In this document: in pieces, positions 52,901-64,000 of the stretch | How the letters are laid out: every line of letters begins with the position of its first letter | How positions within the stretch are numbered: the first letter of the stretch is position 1 | Assembly: GCA_964016885.1 (NCBI GenBank) | Contig: OZ024741.1 | Coordinates: 25,978,001-26,042,000, forward strand | Direction: 5' to 3' | DNA: 64,000 nt | DNA from: Eledone cirrhosa | Lineage: Eukaryota | Notes under the pieces: generated by a model | The model's input: the letters and a program-made list of their open reading frames with translations, nothing else | Told to the model about the DNA's origin: nothing | Databases searched by the model: none | Program-made: the position numbers and the translations under genes

Positions 52901-55900
52901 AACATATCTAATGTGACCACACCAACATATCTAATGTGGCTACACCAACATATCTAATGTGGCCACACCAACATATCTAATGTGACTAAACCAACATATC
53001 TAATGTGACTACACCAACATATCTAATGTGACCACACCAACATATCTAATGTGACTACACCAACATATCTAATGTGACCACACCAACATACCTAATGTGA
53101 CCACACCAACATACCTAATGTGGCCACACCAACATATCTAATGTGACCACTCCAACATATCTAATGTGACTACACCAACATATCTAATGTGACTACACCA
53201 ACATATCTAATGTGACCACACCAACATATATAATGTGGCCCCACCAACATATCTAATGTGACTACACCAACATTTCTAATGTGGCCACACCAACATATCT
53301 AATGTGACCACACCAACATATCTAATGTGGCCCCACTAACATATCTAATTTAACTACACCAACATATCTAATGTGACCACACCAACATATCTAATGTGAC
53401 TACACCAACATATCTAATGTGGCCACACCAACATATCTAATGTGACCACATCAACATATCTAATGTGGCCACACCAACATATCTAATGTGGCCACACCAA
53501 CATATCTAATGTGACCACACCAACATATCTAATGTGACTACACCAACATATCTAATGTGACTACACCAACATATCTAATGTGGCCACACCAACATATCTA
53601 ATGTGGCCACACCAACATATCTAATGTGGCCACACCAACATATCTAATGTGGCTACACCAACATATCTAACGTGACTACACCAACATATCTAATGTGACC
53701 ACTCCGACATATCTAACGTGACTACACCAACATATCTAATGTGGCCACACCAACATATCTAATGTGACCACACCAACATATCTAATGTGACCACTCCGAC
53801 ATATCTAGCGTGACTACACCAACATATCTAATGTGACCACACCAACATATCTAACGTGACTACACCAACATATCTAATGTGACCACTCCGACATATCTAA
53901 CGTGACTACACCAACATATCTAATGTGGCCACACCAACATATCTAATGTGACCACACCAACATATCTAATGTGGCCACACCAACATATCTAATGTGACCA
54001 CACCAACATATCTAATGTGACCACTCCGACATATCTAACGTGACTACACCAACATATCTAATGTGACCACACCAACATATCTAACGTGACTACACCAACA
54101 TATCTAATGTGACCACTCCGACATATCTAACGTGACTACACCAACATATCTAATGTGACCACACCAACATATCTAACGTGACTACACCAACATATCTAAT
54201 GTGACCACTCCGACATATCTAACGTGACTACACCAACATATCTAATGTGACTACACCAACATATCTAATGTGACTACACCAATATATCTAATGTGACTAC
54301 ACCAACATATCTAATGTGACTACACCAACATATCTAATGTGACCACACCAACATATCTAATGTGACCACACCAATATATCTAATGTGACCACACCAATAT
54401 ATCTAATGTGACTACACCAACATATCTAATGTGACCACACCAACATATCTAATGTGACTACACCAACATATCTAATGTGGCTACACCAACATATCTAATG
54501 TGGCTACACCAACATATCTAATGTGGCTACACCAACATATCTAATGTGGCTACACCAATATATCTAATGTGGCCACACCAACATATCTAATGTGGCCACT
54601 CCGACATATCTAACGTGACTACACCAGCATATCTAATGTGGCCACACCAACATATCTAATGTGGCCACACCAACATATCTAATGTGACTACACCAACATA
54701 TATAATGTGGCCACACCAACATATCTAATGTGACCACACCACCATATCTAATGTGACCACACCAACATATCTAATGTGACCACACCACCATATCTAATGT
54801 GACCACACCACCATATCTAATGTGACTACACCACCATATCTAATGTGACTACACCAACGTATCTAATGTGGCCACACCAACATATCTAATGTGGCCACAC
54901 CACCATATCTAATGTGGCCCCACCAACATATCTAATGTGACTACACCAATATATCTAATGTGGCCCCACCAACATATCTAATGTGACTACACCAATATAT
55001 CTAATGTGACTACACCAACATATCTAATGTGACTACACCAACATATCTAATGTGGCCACACCAACATATCTAATGTGACCACACCAACATATCTAATGTG
55101 ACTACACCAACATATCTAATGTGACTACACCAACATATCTAATGTGACCACTCCAACATATCTAATGTGACCACACCAACATATCTAATGTGACTACACC
55201 AACATATCTAATGTGACTACACCAACATATCTAATGTGGCCACACCAACATATCTAATGTGGCCACATCAACATATCTAATGTGGCCACACCAACATATC
55301 TAATGTGACCACACCAACATATCTAATGTGACTACACCAATATATCTAATGTGGCCCCACCAACATATCTAATGTGACTACACCAACATATCTAATGTGG
55401 CCACACCAACATATCTAATGTGACCACACCAACATATCTAATGTGGCTCCACCAACATATCTAATGTGGCCACACCAACATATCTAATGTGACCACACCA
55501 ACATATCTAATGTGACTACACCAATATATCTAATGTGGCCCCACCAACATATCTAATGTGACCACACCAACATATCTAATGTGGCTCCACCAACATATCT
55601 AATGTGGCCACACCAACATATCTAATGTGACCACACCAACATATCTAATGTGACTACACCAATATATCTAATATGGCCCCACCAACATATCTAATGTGAC
55701 CACACCAACATATCTAATGTGGCTCCACCAACATATCTAATGTGGCCACACCAACATATCTAATGTGGCCCCACCAACATATCTAATGTGACTACACCAA
55801 TATATCTAATGTGGCCACAGCAACATATCTAATGTGACCACACCAACATATCTAATGTGACCACACCAACATATCTAATGTGACTACACCAACATATCTA

Positions 55901-58900
55901 ATTTGACCACAGCAACATATCTAATGTGGCCACACCAACATATCTAATGTGACTACACCAACATATCTAATGTGACTACACCACCATATCTAATGTGACT
56001 ACACCAACATATCTAATGTGACCACACCAACATATCTAATGTGACCACACCAACATATCTAATGTGGCTACACCAACATATCTAATGTGGCCACACCAAC
56101 ATATCTAATGTGACCACACCAACATATCTAATGTGACCACACCAACATATCTAATGTGGCCCCACCGACATATCTAATGTGGCCCCACCAACATATCTAA
56201 TGTGGCCCCACCAACATATCTAATGTGGCCACACCAACATATCTAATGTGGCCACACCAACATATCTAATGTGACTACACCACCATATCTAATGTGACCA
56301 CTCCAACATATCTAATGTGACTACACCACCATATCTAATGTGACCACTCCAACATATCTAATGTGACCACACCAACATATCTAATGTGGCTACACCAACA
56401 TATCTAATGTGGCCACACCAACATATCTAATGTGACCACACCAACATATCTAATGTGGCCCCACCAACATATCTAATGTGACCACACCAACATATCTAAT
56501 GTGGCCCCACCAACATATCTAATGTGACCACTCCAACATATCTAATGTGACTACACCAGCATATCTAATGTGGCCACACCAACATATCTAATGTGAGCAC
56601 ACCACCACATCTAATGTGGCCACACCAACATATCTAATGTGACTACACCAACATATCTAATGTGGCTACACCAACATATCTAATGTGGCCACACCAACAT
56701 ATCTAATGTGGCCCCACCGACATATCTAATGTGACCACACCAACATATCTAATGTGACCACACCAACATATCTAATGTGGCTACACCAACATATCTAATG
56801 TGGCCACACCAACATATCTAATGTGGCCCCACCAACATATCTAATGTGACCACACCAACATATCTAATGTGGCTACACCAACATATCTAATGTGACCACA
56901 CCAACATATCTAATGTGACTACACCAGCATATCTAATGTGGCCACACCAACATATCTAATGTGGCCACACCAACATATCTAATGTGACCACTCCAACATA
57001 TCTAATGTGACTACACCAGCATATCTAATGTGGCCACACCAACATATCTAATGTGACTACACCAACATATCTAATGTGGCCACACCAACATATCTAATGT
57101 GGCTACACCAACATATCTAATGTGACCACACCAACATATCTAATGTGGCCACACCAACATATCTAATGTGACTACACCACCATATCTAATGTGACTACAC
57201 CAACATATCTAATGTGGCCACACCAACATATCTAATGTGACCACACCAACATATCTAATGTGACCACAGCAACATATCTAATGTGACTACACCAACATAT
57301 CTAATGTGGCCACACCAACATATCTAATGTGACCACACCAACATATCTAATGTGACCACAGCAACATATCTAATGTGACTACACCAATATATCTAATGTG
57401 ACTACACCAATATATCTAATGTGACTACACCACCATATCTAATGTGACCACTCCAACATATCTAATGTGACTACACCAGCATATCTAATGTGGCCACACC
57501 AACATATCTAATGTGACCACACCACCACATCTAATGTGGCCACACCAACATATCTAATGTGGCTACACCAACATATCTAATGTGACCACACCAACATATC
57601 TAATGTGACCACACCACCACATCTAATGTGGCCACACCAACATATCTAATGTGACTACACCACCATATCTAATGTGGCCACACCAACATATCTAATGTGA
57701 CCACACCACCACATCTAATGTGGCCACACCAACATATCTAATGTGACTACACCACCATATCTAATGTGACCACTCCAACATATCTAATGTGACTACACCA
57801 ACATATCTAATGTGGCCACACCAACATATCTAATGTGACCACACCAACATATCTAATGTGGCCCCACCAACATATCTAATGTGACTACACCAACATATCT
57901 AATGTGGCCACACCAACATATCTAATGTGACCACACCAACATATCTAATGTGACCACACCAACATATCTAATGTGGCTACACCAACATATCTAATGTGAC
58001 CACACCAACATATCTAACGTGGCCACACCAACATATCTAATGTGACCCCACCAACATATCTAATGTGGCCCCACCAACATATCTAATGTGGCCACACCAA
58101 CATATCTAATGTGACCACACCAACATATCTAATGTGGCCACACCAACATATCTAATGTGACTACACCACCATATCTAATGTGACTACACCAACATATCTA
58201 ATGTGGCCACACCAACATATCTAATGTGACCACACCAACATATCTAATGTGGCCACACCAACATATCTAATGTGACTACACCAACATATCTAATGTGGCC
58301 ACACCAACATATCTAATGTGACCACACCAACATATCTAATGTGACCACACCACCACATCTAATGTGGCCACACCAACATATCTAATGTGACCACACCAAC
58401 ATATCTAATGTGGCCCCACCAACATATCTAATGTGACTACACCAACATATCTAATGTGGCCACACCAACATATCTAATGTGACCACACCAACATATCTAA
58501 TGTGACCACACCAACATATCTAATGTGGCTACACCAACATATCTAATGTGACTACACCAACATATCTAATGTGACTACACCAACATATCTAATGTGACCA
58601 CACCAACATATCTAATGTGACCACACCAACATATCTAATGTGACCACACCAACATATCTAACGTGGCCACACCAACATATCTAATGTGACCACACCAACA
58701 TATCTAATGTGCCCACACCAACATATCTAATGTGCCCACACCAACATATCTAATGTGGCCACACCAACATATCTAATGTGACCACACCAACATACCTAAT
58801 GTGGCCCCACCAACATATCTAATGTGACCACACCAACATATCTAATGTGATCACACCAACATATCTAATGTGGCCCCACCAACATATCTAATTTGACTAC

Positions 58901-61900
58901 ACCAACATATCTAATGTGGCCACACCAACATATCTAATGTGGCTCCACCAACATATCTAATTTGACTACACCAACATATCTAATGTGGCCACACCAACAT
59001 ATCTAATGTGACCACACCAACATATCTAATTTGACTACACCAACATATCTAATGTGACTACACTAACATATCTAATGTGACTACACCAACATATCTAATG
59101 TGACTACACCACCATATCTAATGTGACTACACCAACATATCTAATGTGGCCACACCAACATATCTAATGTGACCACACCAACATATCTAATGTGGCCACA
59201 CCAACATATCTAATGTGACCACACCACCATATCTAATGTGACTACACCAGCATATCTAATGTGGCCACACCAACATACCTAATGTGGCCACACCAACATA
59301 TCTAATGTGGCCACACCAACATATCTAATGTGACTACACCAACATATCTAATGTGGCCACACCAACATATCTAATGTGACCACACCAACATATCTAATGT
59401 GGCTACACCAACATATCTAATGTGGCTACACCAACATATCTAATGTGGCCACACCAACATATCTAATGTGACCACACCAACATATCTAATGTGACTACAC
59501 CAACATATCTAATGTGGCCACACCAACATATCTAATGTGACTACACCAATATATCTAATGTGGCCACACCAACATATCTAATTTGACCACAGCAACATAT
59601 CTAATGTGACCACACCAACATATCTAATGTGGCCCCACCAACATATCTAATGTGACCACACCAACATATCTAATGTGACCACACCAACATATCTAATGTG
59701 GCTACACCAACATATCTAATGTGGCCACACCAACATATCTAATGTGACTAAACCAACATATCTAATGTGGCCACATCAACATATCTAATGTGACCACACC
59801 AACATATCTCATGTGGCCACACCAACATATCTAATGTGGCCACACCAACATATCTAATGTGACTACACCAACATATCTAATGTGACTACACCAACATATC
59901 TAATGTGACTACACCAACATATCTAATGTGGCCACACCAACATATCTAATGTGACTACACCAACATTTCTAATGTGGCCACACCAACATATCTAATGTGG
60001 CCCCACCAACATATCTAATTTAACTACACCAACATATCTAATGTGGCTACACCAACATATCTAATGTGGCCACACCAACATATCTAATGTGGCCACAGCA
60101 ACATATCTAATGTGACCACACCAACATATCTCATGTAACTACACCAACATATCTAATGTGGCCCCACCAACATATCTAATTTGACTACACCAACATATCT
60201 AATGTGGCTACACCAACATATCTAATGTGGCCACACCAACATATCTAATGTGACCACACCAACATATCTAATGTGACCACACCAACATATCTAATGTGGC
60301 CACACCAACATATCTAATGTGACCACAGCAACATATCTAATGTGGCCACACCAACATATCTAATGTGGCCACACCAACATATCTAATGTGACCACACCAA
60401 CATATCTAATGTGGCCACACCAACATATCTAATGTGGCCACACCAACATATCTAATGTGGCCTCACCAACATATCTGATGTTGCCACACCAACATATCTA
60501 ATGTGACCACACCACCATATCTAATGTGACTACACCAACATATCTAATGTGGTCACACCAACATACCTAATGTGGCCACACCAACATATCTAATGTGACT
60601 ACACCACCATATCTAATGTGACTACACCAACATATCTAATGTGGCCACACCAACATATCTAATGTGACCACACCAACATATCTAATGTGGCCACACCAAC
60701 ATATCTAATGTGGTCACACCAACATATCTAATGTGACCACACCACCATATCTAATGTGGCCACACCAACATACCTAATGTGACCACACCACCATATCTAA
60801 TGTGACTACACCAACATATCTAATGTGACCACACCAACATATCTAATGTGGCCACACCAACATACCTAATGTGACCACACCACCATATCTAATGTGACTA
60901 CACCAACATATCTAATGTGACCACACCAACATATCTAATGTGGCCACACCAACATATCTAATGTGACCACACCAACATATCTAATGTGACCACACCAACA
61001 TATCTAATGTGACCACACCAACATATCTAATGTGGCTACACCAACATATCTAATGTGGCTACACCAACATATCTAATGTGACTACACCAACATATCTAAT
61101 GTGACCACACCAACATATCTAATGTGGCCACACCAACATATCTAATGTGGCTACACCAACATATCTAATGTGGCTACACCAACATATCTAATGTGACCAC
61201 ACCAACATATCTAATGTGGCCACACCAACATATCTAATGTGACTACACCAACATATCTAATGTGACTACACCAACATATCTAATGTGACCACACCAACAT
61301 ATCTAATGTGGCTACACCAACATATCTAATGTGACCACACCAACATATCTAATGTGGCCACACCAACATATCTAATGTGACCACACCAACATATCTAATG
61401 TGACCACACCAACATATCTAATGTGACCACACCAACATATCTAATGTGGCTACACCAACATATCTAATGTGGCTACACCAACATATCTAATGTGGCCCCA
61501 CCGACATATCTAATGTGACCACACCAACATATCTAATGTGGCCACACCAACATATCTAATGTGGCTACACCAACATATCTAATGTGGCTACACCAACATA
61601 TCTAATGTGACCACACCAACATATCTAATGTGGCCACACCAACATATCTAATGTGACCACTCCAACATATCTAATGTGACTACACCAGCATATCTAATGT
61701 GGCCACACCAACATATCTAATGTGAGCACACCACCACATCTAATGTGGCCACACCAACATATCTAATGTGACTACACCAACATATCTAATGTGGCTACAC
61801 CAACATATCTAATGTGGCCACACCAACATATCTAATGTGGCCCCACCGACATATCTAATGTGACCACACCAACATATCTAATGTGACCACACCAACATAT

Positions 61901-64000
61901 CTAATGTGGCTACACCAACATATCTAATGTGGCCACACCAACATATCTAATGTGGCCCCACCAACATATCTAATGTGACCACACCAACATATCTAATGTG
62001 GCTACACCAACATATCTAATGTGACCACACCAACATATCTAATGTGACTACACCAGCATATCTAATGTGGCCACACCAACATATCTAATGTGGCCACACC
62101 AACATATCTAATGTGACCACTCCAACATATCTAATGTGACTACACCAGCATATCTAATGTGGCCACACCAACATATCTAATGTGACTACACCAACATATC
62201 TAATGTGGCCACACCAACATATCTAATGTGGCTACACCAACATATCTAATGTGACCACACCAACATATCTAATGTGGCCACACCAACATATCTAATGTGA
62301 CTACACCACCATATCTAATGTGACTACACCAACATATCTAATGTGGCCACACCAACATATCTAATGTGACCACACCAACATATCTAATGTGACCACAGCA
62401 ACATATCTAATGTGACTACACCAACATATCTAATGTGGCCACACCAACATATCTAATGTGACCACACCAACATATCTAATGTGACCACAGCAACATATCT
62501 AATGTGACTACACCAATATATCTAATGTGACTACACCAATATATCTAATGTGACTACACCACCATATCTAATGTGACCACTCCAACATATCTAATGTGAC
62601 TACACCAGCATATCTAATGTGGCCACACCAACATATCTAATGTGACCACACCACCACATCTAATGTGGCCACACCAACATATCTAATGTGGCTACACCAA
62701 CATATCTAATGTGACCACACCAACATATCTAATGTGACCACACCACCACATCTAATGTGGCCACACCAACATATCTAATGTGACTACACCACCATATCTA
62801 ATGTGGCCACACCAACATATCTAATGTGACCACACCACCACATCTAATGTGGCCACACCAACATATCTAATGTGACTACACCACCATATCTAATGTGACC
62901 ACTCCAACATATCTAATGTGACTACACCAACATATCTAATGTGGCCACACCAACATATCTAATGTGACCACACCAACATATCTAATGTGGCCCCACCAAC
63001 ATATCTAATGTGACTACACCAACATATCTAATGTGGCCACACCAACATATCTAATGTGACCACACCAACATATCTAATGTGACCACACCAACATATCTAA
63101 TGTGGCTACACCAACATATCTAATGTGACCACACCAACATATCTAACGTGGCCACACCAACATATCTAATGTGACCCCACCAACATATCTAATGTGGCCC
63201 CACCAACATATCTAATGTGGCCACACCAACATATCTAATGTGACCACACCAACATATCTAATGTGGCCACACCAACATATCTAATGTGACTACACCACCA
63301 TATCTAATGTGACTACACCAACATATCTAATGTGGCCACACCAACATATCTAATGTGACCACACCAACATATCTAATGTGGCCACACCAACATATCTAAT
63401 GTGACTACACCAACATATCTAATGTGGCCACACCAACATATCTAATGTGACCACACCAACATATCTAATGTGACCACACCACCACATCTAATGTGGCCAC
63501 ACCAACATATCTAATGTGACCACACCAACATATCTAATGTGGCCCCACCAACATATCTAATGTGACTACACCAACATATCTAATGTGGCCACACCAACAT
63601 ATCTAATGTGACCACACCAACATATCTAATGTGACCACACCAACATATCTAATGTGGCTACACCAACATATCTAATGTGACCACACCAACATATCTAATG
63701 TGGCCACACCAACATATCTAATGTGACTACACCAACATATCTAATGTGACTACACCAACATATCTAATGTGACCACACCAACATATCTAATGTGGCTACA
63801 CCAACATATCTAATGTGACCACACCAACATATCTAATGTGGCCACACCAACATATCTAATGTGACCACACCAACATATCTAATGTGACCACACCAACATA
63901 CCTAATGTGACCACACCAACATATCTAATGTGGCTACACCAACATATCTAATGTGGCTACACCAACATATCTAATGTGACTACACCAACATATCTAATGT
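46945..64000. repeat. 23-bp satellite array, more than 17 kb (about 740 units), continuing past the window end
   Basis: Consensus ACATATCTAATGTG(A/G)C(C/T)ACACCA, period 23. Confidence 0.99.

Noticed and set aside
24018-64000. CRISPR-like array
   Set aside because: Units are contiguous with no unique spacers, there are no cas genes, and the context is eukaryotic.
46945-64000. Telomeric repeat (23-bp unit with TTGGTGT, as in some yeasts)
   Set aside because: Only a 7-nt resemblance. The context is an animal intron and there is no TTAGGG tract.

Overview
Eukaryotic, AT-rich, repeat-dense DNA. The SINE, MITE and microsatellite content looks like an octopus/coleoid cephalopod genome, which is an inference. 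The only host coding sequence I can support is two short plus-strand exons (16592-16689 and 23846-23966) that the ORF track misses. They splice in frame into the central FERM lobe of a Yurt/EPB41L5-type band 4.1 protein, so the whole window is probably intronic. Bases 1-24 kb are a mosaic of decayed mobile elements: Penelope-like pieces with minimal hammerhead ribozyme motifs, Tx1/L1, CR1 and RTE LINE 3' ends, a non-autonomous Helitron, mariner/pogo and TTAA (piggyBac-type) MITEs, tRNA-type SINEs, and mini- and microsatellites. About 50 bp after the second exon's donor, a 23-kb array of a 60-bp satellite begins. It abuts a 23-bp satellite array that runs more than 17 kb to the window end. Both arrays show higher-order duplication structure. 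The long ORFs in the arrays are artefacts of the repeat unit. I found no CRISPR array, rRNA or intact tRNA gene, and I cannot demonstrate a new biological system. The best leads are the intronic satellite carrying a U1 5'-end/5'-splice-site motif in nearly every unit and the cluster of hammerhead motifs.
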